From contig JBLDXI010000042.1 in NCBI GenBank assembly GCA_047495785.1, positions 1,736,001 through 1,800,000 of the forward strand: a stretch of 64,000 nt of DNA, written 5' to 3'. The position numbers were made by a program, and so were the translations under genes. Below are positions 33,669 through 46,011 of the stretch, piece after piece. The notes beneath the pieces were generated by a model that had not been told where the DNA came from, ran no database searches, and worked only from the letters and a program-made list of their open reading frames with translations. Position 1 is the first letter of the stretch. Every line of letters begins with the position of its first letter. The stretch is from Lepidodermella squamata. Taxonomy: Eukaryota > Animalia > Gastrotricha.

Positions 33669-35248
33669 ATGATGAGGGCCATAGATCTATTCTCATTCAT
33701 TTGCCTATTTGGAGGTGTCTCCTGCCAATGGAAACGCTGTATGTCACTACTAGACAATTCATTCGTGGATTGTGCGACGTCATGTGATTCATTGAAAGAA
33801 TATCAGGTAATTTTGTTATTTCCCGACCTTTTTACCTTTACCTGATCACAAACAAATTTCCATAGTCCGGGTCTATCATTTCCACCTACGATTCGTGTCG
33901 AAATGGAGTGAGTAATCATTAAAATTAAACTTTAATTTAAATTTTAAATTTCATTTTCCTGAACAGAATGGTCGCATGTGTTACAAATTCGCTGCCCTAA
34001 CCCCAAGTTGTCGCCCCGGCATTGTTCCATGCAAAGCTCCTGATGAAATATCGGTACGTTATTTTGTAAATTTATATATACTAAACTATGATTGTTATCT
34101 CGATCAGTTTCAGCCTTTCTACAGCCGATCACTACTTCGCTCGAGTTTGCAATTATGTGAAGCTGATAGAAATAATTTGGCGGTAAGTTTCAATTTTTAA
34201 TGATTCGATCGCTTAAAATTCAAATCTGTATTTTTCAGAATCAAAAATTCAAGCAGTGCTCATTGAATGGCTTGCTGGTCACTTGCGTCCCAATCAACCA
34301 AACGTGCCCTAACAGCACGGTATTTATATTGTTTAAATTACCTGAGAATTAACAGTAATATCCGCGAACTGTTTGAAATCATGGATTCTCGACATTTTGA
34401 ATTGTGGCCTCTTATTTATCAGGCTTTCGCGAATAAAAATATTAATTATTAATCAAACCAAAAAGATATTTTCCTAAATTTCTGGAATTTCTTCGCCCGG
34501 GTTCTAAGTTGAACTTCAGTACAGTGTGACTCGAGCGGAACAAAGCTCTGCGTTGGGAGATCATGTCCTGCGGGGTCTACTCAGGTAGAAACTCGTTTTA
34601 TATTTATGATAGGATTTTGTAAAATAAAACTGTTGTTGTCGTTTCAGGTCAAGCTCTACGCAGATTTGTCATCCTTCCAAACAAATTACGCAACCTGTTT
34701 AGCAGACCTCACACCAGTAAGTTCCGAGCACTTGTAAAATGGTTTCTCAAATTCTCAAAATCCCCATTTTTCTCCATCAGGCCGTCTATTATCGGTGTCT
34801 TGGACCTAACGGCGTTGTAACATGCCGCCCAGCAGATTGCAACGGTGACGAGAAGAAGTACCCATCGAAAAACTTCACCAGCCAATCGGCTTGTCAGAAC
34901 GCTGTAAAAACCGTGCAGTATCACTCTGGCGCCTTGTATCGCTCTGGAGCTGACGCAAATTGCAAGAACCGAGGCGGGTTATTGGCGACTATCAAGACGC
35001 AGGCAGAACTCGACAAAGCTGTGGTTGATAAAGGCGCGGGTAATTTTGCCCACATCGGCCTAACGAATCTGTCGGGCAATTGGACTTGGGATGACGGCAC
35101 GCCGTATGCCAACCTTCCGCCCTGGGATTCTGGCGCTGGCGAACCCAATTACGGCGCAGATGCCTGTGCCATTCTCTACGATGGTGGGGTCATCAAAGAC
35201 GACGGCAGTAACTATCCCGCGATCGGGTTTTTCTGCGAAAGCCGATGA
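33669..35248 (+). CDS. Type A lectin with an internal deletion of exons 6-7 and the start of exon 8 (shortened variant or pseudogene)
   Basis: Exons 1-5 present (to 34319), then an exon 8 remnant that is in frame only from acceptor tacAG|34525; exons 9 (34648-34716) and 10 (34781-35248) intact. Confidence 0.7.
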
Positions 35249-35565
35249 ATTTTATCGGACTATATTAGGAGCCGATAAATTTGACATTTGACTGTTTCTC
35301 TTTCTGTTTTGAATGCGTAACATTTTATTTTGAGAACATGCAATTTTGACTAGTGGCAACGCCTCGAACTCAAATAGGATATTAAGCATCACAATAATAA
35401 AGACTGTTTGATTCGACTCCTTTCAACCTTTCATTCGTAGCTCGTCGAGAAATTATTCGATAATAAAACCTGTGAACCATTGCGTTGACCGTTGAGCACC
35501 TTCCATGTGCTTTCTAACTTTCGCCCTGCTTTTAGACCTCAGCATAGAAACATTCCACTTACATG

Positions 35566-35721
35566 CAAGGTTCGATCCTGGCTGATGCACACATGCTTGA
35601 CACGTGTTTAAAAGCGAATAAGCCACTATGAAGGATTTAGATGAACTTCCCCAAATCAGTGTTGGAGTTCGCATTGTGAACTCAGAAACCAGCGGTTCGA
35701 GTTCGATTCTCGATGGGACCT
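35566..35721 (+). pseudogene. tRNA remnants: 3' part of tRNA-Gly (35566-35589) and degenerate tRNA-Gln (~35660-35721)
   Basis: CAAGGTTCGATCCTGGCTGATGCA; TCGAG-TTCGATT-CTCGA perfect T-arm followed by TGGGACCT. Confidence 0.6.
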
Positions 35722-35792
35722 TGATATGTTTTTTCAATCAAATAACAGCATGTAAGCCTAAGATGAAAGGGCCCAACAGCAGCTTATTTCAG

Positions 35793-36879
35793 TTCAAGTA
35801 CCAGGCAGTGAGAAGTGAGAAGCCACATGTTCGCTGTTTCAGAAACCCTGAGAGAATCTTCAATGGCTGCCAATGGAGTCGTCTCAGCTCAGTCGGCTGC
35901 TCGCCCATCAGCGAGACCCAAGAAGCAGCCCCGAAGCCGAACCTCAACCGGGATGAATGCATTCGAGGCGTAAGTTTAATTCATTTTTTCTGTCAGATGA
36001 GCATTTGTAAATTCCAGGCTGCGGCTCAGTGTGGCTCAAGTGGAACGAAGCTTTGCGTTGGAAGATCATGTCCCGCACGACCGACCCAGGTAGAAACCTC
36101 TTCTTTTCAGTTTCGATAAGATGTCATCTATAACTTCAATTCGTAATTTGCGCTTTTTAAAAAAAAACAATTAGGAAATACCGTGATAATTATTCACTAC
36201 GATAACTATCACTCTATCATTCTCGCATTTGAGTAGCCTTACATAAAACCGATACTGTCATTTCAGATCGAGCTCCACCAAAATTCGTCTTCCTTCCAAA
36301 CAAAGTACGACAACTGTTTAGCTGACCTTACACCGGTAAGTTTTAAACCGAAATTGCCCATTTTCCAGTTTTGTGATCCTTATTTTAATTAAATATCGCA
36401 TTCTTCTTCAATAGGCTGTCTATTTTCGGTGTCTCGGACCAAATGGCGTTGTCACATGCCGAACATCAGATTGCAACGTTGATGAAAAGAAATAACCATC
36501 GAAAAGCTCCTCCAGCCAATCGGCCTGTGAAAACGCAGTCAAGTCCGTTCAACACTATAAGCAGACCATAATTCGCCCAGGAGCCGACGAATATTGCAAG
36601 AATCTCGGCGGGCTATTGGCTACTATCAAGACCCAGGCAGAATTTGATAAAGTTAGGCAAAATCAAATCAACATGGCCCACATTGGCTTGTCGAATACGC
36701 CTGGAAATTGGACATGGGATGACGGTACGCCGTTTGCCAACTTCCCGCCCTGGGATACTCGCGCTGGCTCGCTTAATTATGGTGAAAATGCCTGTGTTGC
36801 ACGAATCGATGGTGGGGTCCCCAGAGACGGCAGCTGTAACATTACCGCGTTTAGCTTTCTCTTTGAAACTTTTGCTTGA
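35793..36879 (+). pseudogene. 5'-truncated type A lectin pseudogene (exons 7-10 only)
   Basis: 7-bp duplication GTGAGAA and another insertion in exon 7; premature TAA at 36493-36495 replacing Tyr; no exons 1-6 upstream. Confidence 0.85.
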
Positions 36880-37585
36880 TGATGAAAAACTTGTCGGATT
36901 CGTTTCGAGTCGATAAATCAATTTTTGACATTTGTTTGACCTTTTCTGTGTATTAATTAACTGAATCGATATAATAAACATGAACTTTATCTCTAATATG
37001 AACTGTTTTCTCTGATATGATACGTAATGATAAATTGTCTTTTGATGTTATCGACAAGTGACAATGAAACATAACGTAACATAACTTTGGTTTGGCGTTA
37101 ACCATTGTAGAGTCCCTGAGAAGTGGGTCAATTCTGTCAATTATTCAAATGAGGTGGATCAAAGCGAGGTCATGATGATGAGTCACCCTCGGGGTTTCCA
37201 CGAAATACGAGTGGTATCGGCTGCAAATAGCAAGGTATGTAAACGCGTAAGGCAGATGTTAGCTATCTGGCTTTATGCGTTCGGGATTCACACCATGCGC
37301 GAAGCTCAACGGTTTTGAAATTGCTGGCACCAGATCTGAGCACCAGAGATTCTGAGCTGACCTCGGCGGCTTAATCTTTCCGCTTGAGTTGCTGCTTGTC
37401 GACCACTTACGAACAGCCTTGTGCGGGCAGATAGTGCCTTGCGGTAACGGATGACCTACTAGCTTTGATATTATCGCAATTGTTGTTTTGACGTCCTACC
37501 GCCCCATGCTATGTCGGCATGGGTTCAAACGCATGTTCCCATCCTCAGCGATATTTGAGTCAACGGTCCTCTCATCATCAATCTC

Positions 37586-37924
37586 GGTACAGCGACAAAA
37601 CAGCAGTTACGAAGAACAGCGAATGCGACGAAACAGCTAATTTTTTATTTCGCGACAAAACAGAATAAAACTAAGTATGTAAAAGATGCAACGTGTTTCT
37701 GCTGTTATGCAGTGCTCCGAGTACGGGGAGTAAACAAACTACAAACCCCCCTGGCCTTCGAAAATTTCTGAAAAACGCATGGGTCCCCCATGTTGATTTG
37801 CTAATTTTGGGCTCAAAACGGCCCTATTTACCCCCCTCAGAGCTGGACCTAGTCGGATCACTGCTGTTATGTCGCAAGTTAAAACTTTGCTGTTTTGTCA
37901 CATTTGCTGTTATGACGGTCTGCC
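37586..37924. mobile_element. Short dispersed repeat (GCGACAAAACAG-rich); an inverted copy lies at 49262-49443
   Basis: Both ends match the reverse complement of 49262-49443; this copy hosts a nested hAT MITE. Confidence 0.65.
37710..37863. mobile_element. 154-bp hAT-type MITE
   Basis: TIRs CAGTGCTCCGAGTA / TAGTCGGATCACTG; 8-bp TSD CTGTTATG. Confidence 0.8.
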
Positions 37925-37980
37925 TCAAACTCAACTTCGTCAGCGAGGTCGGAATTATATTCAGATTCTGACCAGACAAT

Positions 37981-38621
37981 GATTAAAACTAAATAATTAT
38001 TGGATTATGAAACTGTTGGAGCCCGAGTCCGAATTCTGCCCGTACGCAGACGGGTAAGAAGGATTTGCCGCTCCGCGCTCGGGCCGCTTTAAAACATGCC
38101 CGTATGCGAAGTTTACTGTAAATTAAGCAAATTCGAAGGAATCACGCTCCACCGCACACGGGCCGGCCAATGTGTTGGGCCGAGCACGGCGGAGAACAAT
38201 AGGAATCAGCGCTATTGTTCAGCCCCGCACTCGGGCCGCCGGGCTCGGGCATCTGGAATCGAGCCGTCGGGCTTGGGTCATCCTACAACCAACGCCCGCA
38301 CCGATAACTGTATCAAGTCCCGGCCCGAACCCGGCCGCCCGGGTACGGCGCGCGCGAGTCCTTAACAATAGCGCGGTTCCCATTGTTCTCCGCCGTGCTC
38401 GGGCCAACGCCCTGACCGGCCCGTGTGCGGTGAAGCGTGATTCCTTCGAATTTGTTGAATTTACAGTAAACTTCGCATACGTGCATGTTTTAAAGCGGCC
38501 CGAGCGCGTAGCGGCAAATCCTTCTTACCCGTCTGCGTACGGGCCGGCCCGAACGCGTACGGGCAGAATTCGGACTCGGGCTCCAACAGTTTCATAATCC
38601 AATAATTATTTAGTTTTAGTC
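37981..38621. repeat. ~640-bp near-perfect GC-rich palindrome (foldback MITE)
   Basis: Arms AAACTAAATAATTATTGGATTATGAAACTGTTGGAGCCCGAGTCCGAATTCTGCCCGTACGC... match in reverse complement for ~250 bp. Confidence 0.85.
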
Positions 38622-38893
38622 GCATACGGGCACGTTACAGACTGGCCCGAGCGCGGAGTGGTAAAGTGCTGTTACCCTCCGCTGTTGAATTTTGCTCGCC
38701 TTTTTTTCGTATTTTTAGCAGTTGTTGTGATGCCATCTGTTTAATCCATTTCTATAAATAGAAAAAATACGTGATTCTTGTAAACAGCTCGCATTGAATT
38801 CGGACGCAGATTTCGTGTGCTCCTATTTTTGTTTCAGTTAGATAGTTCTAAAAGCATTCATTCAACGTTTTTTTAACATCATTTTCAACATAC

Positions 38894-40798
38894 ATGATGA
38901 GGGCTTTAGCTTTATTTTGCTCATTACTTTGTCTATTTGGGGGTGTTTCCTGCCAATGGAAACGCTGTATGTCACTGCTCGACAATTCATTCGTGGATTG
39001 TGCGACGTCTTGTGATTCATTGAAGGAATATCAGGTTAATTTTAAAAATTCTCCGATCTTTTTCAAAATTGGCAACAATCTTTTATTAGTCCGGTTCCAG
39101 CTTTTCCGCCTATGATTTATGTCGAAATGGGGTGAGCGAGCATAAACATTCATTCCAAAGCTGATTTTTTATTCGAGCAGAATGGTCGCATGTGTTACAA
39201 ATACGCAGCTCTGACTCCGAGTTGACGCCCCGGCATAATTCCGTGTAAAGCTCCTGATGAAATATCGGTACGTTATTTTGTAAATTTATATATACTAAAC
39301 TATGATTGTTATCTCGATCAGTTTCAGCCTTTCTACAGCCGATCACTACTTCGCTCGAGTTTGCAGTACTGCGAAATCGATAGGAACAATTTTACGGTAA
39401 GTCGTCACCTTAAAAAATATTTCGTCATAGGCAAGTCTGTTTGTTCATCACAGAATCAACATTTCAAGCAGTGTTCATCGAATAGTTTGTTGGTCACGTG
39501 CGTTCCTATCAACCAAAACTGCCCGATTAGTACGGTTTGTAAATAATTTAGCTATGAATTTTTGAAGTGGACCTTCACCTATGTTCGCCTAAGATTTCAG
39601 CGAATTCTTAGTTGGTAGAAACTGGTCTTAGATCTAGGAGGACAACATTTTAACAATACCATATTTATTCATTCACTCTTCGAAATAGGGACAGCTTGGC
39701 ATTACGTTACTGATATTCTTGTATTTTTCCCAGATTAATGGTAGCCAAATATTCGCAAACCTTGCTGCATGCGTTGATGGGAAAGGTTTGGAGATTTGTT
39801 TCTAAATTGCTTTGGGAATATAGCTATCTTTTATTAGTTCAAGTACCAGACAGTGAGAAGCCACATGTTCGCTGTTTCAGCAACCCTGGACGAATCTTCA
39901 ATGGCTGTCGCCTCAGCTCAGTCGGCTGCTCGGCTAGCAACGAGACCCAAGAAGCAGCCCCGAAGCCGTACATCAACCGAGATAACTGCCTTCGAGGCGT
40001 AAGATAATTGTTCATCTTTCTTCTGATGAGGATTTGTTTTTTCCAGGCTGCTGCACAGTGCGATGTGGGCGGGACAAAGCTTTGTGTTGGTAGAGCCTGC
40101 CCTACTGGTTCGACTCAGGTATGAAAGGTTACTTCTCTTCAAAAATCTTCACCGTTCGACAATAAATCAAGGAAATTTTGTTTGTTGAAATTTGTAATTT
40201 CAGACGAAGCTCTATTCAAATTCGACATCCTTCCAAATGAATTACGAGACTTGTTTGACCGACATTAAGCCGGTAAGTTTTGAACCATTTTTTTTTTAAT
40301 TTCCGTGGCCGTGATATGTTGTTTTTTCCACAGCCAGCCTATTTCCGGTGCCTCGGACCACAGGGCGTTGTTGCATGCCGACAAACAGATTGTAACGCTG
40401 ATGAGAAGAAATACCCATCGACGAGCTACATCAGCGAGACAGCTTGCCTCAACGCAGTCAAAACCGTGACATTTTATGCGCAGTCCAAGTTTCGCATTCA
40501 AACAAGTAATTTTTGCAAGAGCCTCGGTGGGCTATTGGCGACTATCAAGACGCAGGCGGAACTTGACAAAGCTATGGTTGACAAGGGCGCGTTGGCGTTT
40601 GTCCACATTGGCCTGTCGAATCAATCTGGAAATTGGACTTGGGACGATGGCACGCCGTATGCCAACCTCCCGCCTTGGGCTTCTGGCTCGCCTACGTCGA
40701 ACGCAAACTCATGTGCCATGCTTAACGATGGCGGGATCATTAAAGTCGGCTACTTCAACGATGTCGCGCTTGGATTTTTCTGTGAAACCTTCGCTTAG
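38894..40798 (+). pseudogene. Type A lectin, 10 exons, with a single in-frame TGA (39223-39225) at a conserved Cys in exon 3
   Basis: All exons and splice sites are otherwise intact; AGT-TGA-CGC versus AGT-TGC/TGT-CGC in paralogs. Confidence 0.75.
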
Positions 40799-42829
40799 CC
40801 GTGCTAAAACTATTGAATTTGACTGGATTTTGATATTACCTACTAATCATGAGACATTGGGATATTGATATCGGCATGCATATGTTCATGTCCCTAATAT
40901 AGAAAATGCTAATTTTAAGTCGTAGATGATGGATTTGTGAGCGACAAATAAAAAGTTGATTATTAATTATTTTAATTCTCGGGTTTATTTCCGCACATTT
41001 TGTGAGTAATCGAAAATTCCTAAAATACCTATACCAATAAAACATCTTATTGGAATTAAAATAATTAATTAATTAATCAATATTTTATTTGATTAATCCG
41101 AATAATTTCTTCAAAATGCCTCTCGCCTTGCTTATGACGCTTCCAATTATATATTTCAATGATGATGCTTTCAGCCGCAAGAGAAATCGACTAATGATTA
41201 TCACTAGGAAAAAAGTAAAGCTAATTAGCTATTTCTATTTAGCCAAAGCTAGCTAAAAAACCTAGGCTATGCCTCAGCTTTTTATCAGCTAAAAAGCTAT
41301 AGCTAAATAGCTATCGATAGACTGCGACTGGAAGCATGCGGCGTAATAAAGTTACACAACAATGGCTGTGACCCTTTCTGATTACCACTCGAAGCTGCAT
41401 TCGAATCGTTTTTCATCCATATACACACAGAAGCAAAAAATATTTATTTTAACAACTTAGTTCTTAAATGCTACGACTCCAGCAGTGGCAGCAGTTTTCA
41501 ATTGAATAATTTCAAATGGAGTTGGCTCCAGGTAAGAATTGCCATCGACTCACCAGGTAATTACTTTTATCAATGGCCTTTTTTAACTAAATTTTCTCAT
41601 AAATTCGGGAAAAAATCAGAATAATTTCCTCCAGCTAGCACGAGCTTCATGATCTTGCCCTAACTAACGCAGCGCGAAAAATAACAATTTAATTAATGGA
41701 CTAACCGGAGGAGGCTTGTGTTGGTTAGAGGCTTCATTATTCAATACGTATTTCATTAATTCATTTGAGGATTCACTAATTTTTTTCAATAATATTCAAT
41801 TGAAATTTCATTATTTTTGTCAGAATTGCAGGTCATGGATTTAGCGATAAACACTTCTGAAAATGCATTGTAGCTGAAATTTACAGGTAAGAAGCTATTT
41901 TGAATTTAATCGATTAGCTTCCTTTCACGCAATTTTTTTATTTTTTTCAGGAGAATTCTGGTTACCTCAGTTGATGATCATCGGTTGAAGACCATCGGTG
42001 TGCAATCCGTCATTGCTGGGTAAGAGGTAAGGATACTGTATTTTTTTGCTAAAATAAATTTTCAATCTCGAAATTTTTAAAAATTCATACAATTAATTTT
42101 CAGTGATTCGTTCATTTTTCCTGTTTTCGGACGTCAACCCCGAGCTATTAGCGTCTGGGCAACTATTGGAAATAATAGTAGTCACTCCTTTATTTTCTTG
42201 AAAATCAGATATTTTTTCATGCTGAAAATGCTTTACTGAACTTGATTGAATTGAATTGAATTTATTTGAAATTTTTGAAATTTTCAGGCAGGCTAAGCAT
42301 GAATTTCACTTCGTCTTATACCTAGAGAATGTTGCGCTTAATTCATTGGTGAATTTTCTAGAATTATTGTGGCCAATCTTGACCTGCAAGAAATGTCCAT
42401 AAAGCGATTTCAGGCTACTAGAAAATTCAAAAATTTGGTTCCGCTAACAGCAAATTTGGTTCCGCTGACAGGAGGACCCAAGAATAAAGTAATGTGAAAC
42501 AATTTATAAAATATACAAATTTCTCAAAATTAAACCTGAAACTTGACTTTTTTGAAAATTTGAAATTTTTGAAAAAATTTGAAAAATTCTAGTGTTAAAA
42601 AAATTACCGAAAGTTACTGAAATAACAAAATGCGATGTAATAAAATTGTTGGCACTTGGTTAAGCAAGTATCAAGTGTAATTTCAAGTGTCAAAATAAAA
42701 ATTTTAAAATTTCAAAATTAAATCAGAAAATTGAAAAAATTGTAATCCAATTCTTTTAGCGATTAACTCCTAAATATCTGAAAATCAATTTTAAATTTTT
42801 CGGAAAATTTTTCATGAAATTTAAGGGTT

Positions 42830-43218
42830 CTATGACTAAAGAGCACGCGATCTAAGAGCAACGATTAAAGAGCAATGCATTAAGAGCAACCGATAAGAGA
42901 GCAACTGATTGAAGAGCAATTGGTCATAAGAGCAATTATTAATGAGGAATAAGTGGCACGCGACTTGATTTTTTTTGCTTTTCCTAATCAAGTGAATCTC
43001 GACCGATTAAGATGCCTGAATTGCTGTTTAATCGGCTCCCGTATTCACTTGATCGCCTACAGAAAAAAATGAAGTCGCGTGCCACTTTTTTGCCCTGATT
43101 TATCATTAATAATTGCTCTTATGACCAATTGCTCTTCAATCGGTTAATCTCTTATCGGTTGCTCTTATTGCATTGCTCTTTAATCGTTGCTCTTAGATCG
43201 CGTGCTCTTTATTCATAG
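42830..43218. mobile_element. Palindromic MITE nested in the CACTA element
   Basis: ~110-bp inverted arms of AAGAGCAA repeats; flanking direct repeat TAAGGGT. Confidence 0.7.
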
Positions 43219-43795
43219 TAAGGGTAAAAACGTGTAACTGTCAACCTGACCACCAGAAAAAAAATTCGCGATTTAGATAGAAATTTATATATTTCCAGAA
43301 AGCCCTGGACATGAGCTTTCAGAAAATATATATGACTATAGTCAGTTTTGTCAGTTAACATGATTTTTACCTTGTCAAAAATGGTACACATTTGACATTG
43401 ACGAAATGCCAAAAGATGGCATTTTTCCCAACAACATTTTGACGACAGTTGAAAGTGCCTATGTAATATTAATATGTTTAAATGTTGATGACCATGTAAG
43501 CTTCAATTTGAGACATTGCTCGATGCCGTAGTCAAAATATTTTTTGACCAGGTGATGTTACATTTTTTGACACTGTCGCGTCGTTCCGTCCATCAATTAT
43601 TGTTTCTAATTAGATTTCAACTAAGCGGTGCACTTTTAAAGGCCTCGGGGATGGGTAAAGCTGCGTCTATATTTGTTGGCAACATTTTGGCCTAAAAATT
43701 TTCCGGTCAGATGCTATAGATGTTGCGCAATCACATGGACGGAACGACACGTGACGGAACGACGGACGGAACGACAAAAAAATAACTTTTCAACG

Positions 43796-44102
43796 CTGAG
43801 GAATTTCAAAAAATAAATTAGATATTCTGATTCAGCATGAAGAGTTAGAGATGGATACTAATTTGCGCGCGATTATCTTCCAAAATGGGGAAGAAATAAG
43901 GCGGGATAGTGGAACAGCGCGTGCATGTGCGTGTGAGTGCGCGCGCGCACATGAACTTCGCGCTCAACACGGGTGAGAGCCGTATGCGCAGATAATGCCC
44001 AAATCACGCGCAAATCACTCACTAATCATGCGCAAATTTGCACACCGCCCTAACTTTTCACGCTTATTCAGAATATCTAATTTATTTTTTGAAATTCCTC
44101 AG
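43796..44102. repeat. Inverted-repeat element nested in the CACTA element
   Basis: CTGAGGAATTTCAAAAAATAAATTAGATATTCTGA and its reverse complement; flanked by GACGGAACGAC repeats. Confidence 0.6.
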
Positions 44103-45050
44103 GGTTGCTGAGATAATCAGAGCGTTGTTCCGTCCTGTCGTTCCGTCCTGATGACCCTACATTGAAATGTGATGCGGCGTAACCATACGATAAGCTATCA
44201 TGTCTTACCGAATGCATTACCAATTTAAGAAGGGTGTCATAACTCGTTCTCTTTATTCTTCAGATTGCACGCGACCTTCAAGTTCGAGAGGACATTCTAC
44301 GCTGAAAGCATGGCTGTTCTCCTCAACGCCAGCATCGACTGGCTCACCGAGCCGAAGTTCGCCCTAAATTGTTCAATTCGGGAAATATCTAGCAGCGAAA
44401 TGGAACTTTTTTAAATAAATATTGCAATTACTACTTCATATTCGAACAAAATCGGTCTCATTCGAGGTCAAGTATTCTCATACTGTGAATTATCTTTCGA
44501 AAAATTCGAAGACATTTTTCGCCGTGATGAAATGTGCTGGCAAATATTTTGTTATTTGTGATTCAGTCTCGACTGTTCTCGTTTTTTACCTGTTGAATAC
44601 TTTTATAAAAATTGTTCTGAAATAAAAATGACAAAGACGCTGAAATTTCATGTTTTATGAATTGAAATTGAATAAGAATATGGGGGAAAGGGGTAGGGGG
44701 CTGGGTGCGATTCTAGCTAATAAACCATGAGCTTATTAGCTTTCAGGCCAAAAAGGGACATCGCGCAATGTGCAACAGCTGTGATAAACAAGAATTCCAC
44801 GCCGACCCACCACTCGCTCGGAGCCTAGCTATTTAGCCATTCATGGGTTATTAGCTTCCCTGAATTTAGCTGAAATAGCTAATTAGGGGGACATAGGAGG
44901 GGTTATTAGCACTCTTGGTCCTTGGGTTTATTAGCTAGCTAATAAACTATACTTTTTTCCTAGTGTATCTGATCCCCTGCATTTTACCTTCAAGTCAAAT
45001 GTGTCAAATAGGTACATATAGGTGTTGCTAGGTTTTTTGTCCGAATGTTC

Positions 45051-45406
45051 TCAAGCTTTATACTCCTTGCATTTGTTGTTGCAATCGTCGAGTTTTGTGA
45101 AAGCGAACGGCTTCACAGCATCGACCAAGCAGGAATCCTCCAGCTCGACACGTATGCATTTGTTGATATTATCGTCGAAAACATAGGCCCATTTAGCTAC
45201 GGGTTCGCAGCCGTCGTACTGGTCGCGGCGGAAGAACTCACGGTAAGCACATCGATCATGCTTCTGCCTGCCACCTGTGCGACCTAGCAAGAGAATAATT
45301 GAAGAAAAGCCTCTATTTGAATGATGCCGAGACGCGACTTACAGGCTACAGACGCAGCAACAAGCAAGCACAGAGCAAAAAGTAGGCAAAATAGTTTTCG
45401 AAACAT
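45051..45406 (-). CDS. Small secreted divergent Kunitz/BPTI-like protein, 2 exons, ~98 aa
   Basis: Exons 45406-45343 (signal MFRKLFCLLFALCLLVAASVA) and 45283-45051; six-Cys spacing with YVFD...C and F....C...C. Confidence 0.75.
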
Positions 45407-46011
45407 GTTCAGTGATTATAGCCGAATAAGCTCAAAACCAGTGCAGAGCGTAATGAGCTCGGTTCAATTGTTTTTTTTCACCGATTTAACGTGAGCTACG
45501 GTAACTCGTTTGAATATTAATTTGTTTTTGCAGCAGCATGAGCATCAGATCTCATTACGTTTCTCCAGCTCTGATGAACTCAATGCTTACAATTGGCACA
45601 GGATTAGGGGGAGGCATTGAATAGGAATTATCAGCATGTATAAAATGAGGTTATTGCAGTGGGCTCAAATATCCACCGACCAGCTTCGAAACAACCCATT
45701 GGCAGTGTAACCAGCCAGTGTACCCAGATTGAGCCTTACATGGTCTAAAACGCATCTAATTGCAAGAAAAAGAACTAGAAAAATACTTTAACCCGCAGCA
45801 AATTCATACTCTTTTCCGCAGCAAATTTCTTTATTTTCTTTCCAGCATCTCCAATTTTTCTCCAAATCTTGGGATTCTCACTTATTCTGATAGAGGAGGA
45901 TTAGGGCTGTCGAAAAAGCCCTAACTCATTAATAAAAGATTGACTAATTTGGGGATATGATGGGGATATGAAGTCCGAAGTCATCATACTTTTGTCTCAC
46001 AAATCACACTA

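Larger units (their letters stand above)
41202..44965. mobile_element. Non-autonomous CACTA (EnSpm/CMC) element, 3764 bp, with nested MITEs
   Basis: TIRs CACTAGGAAAAAAGTA / TACTTTTTTCCTAGTG, 3-bp TSD TAT, subterminal TAGCTA/ATTAGC repeats at both ends. Confidence 0.88.

Noticed and set aside
1053-35721. Trans-spliced split tRNAs formed from the complementary halves
   Set aside because: Both halves carry indels and lack complementary leader/trailer or BHB motifs; reciprocal decay of duplicated genes explains them more simply.
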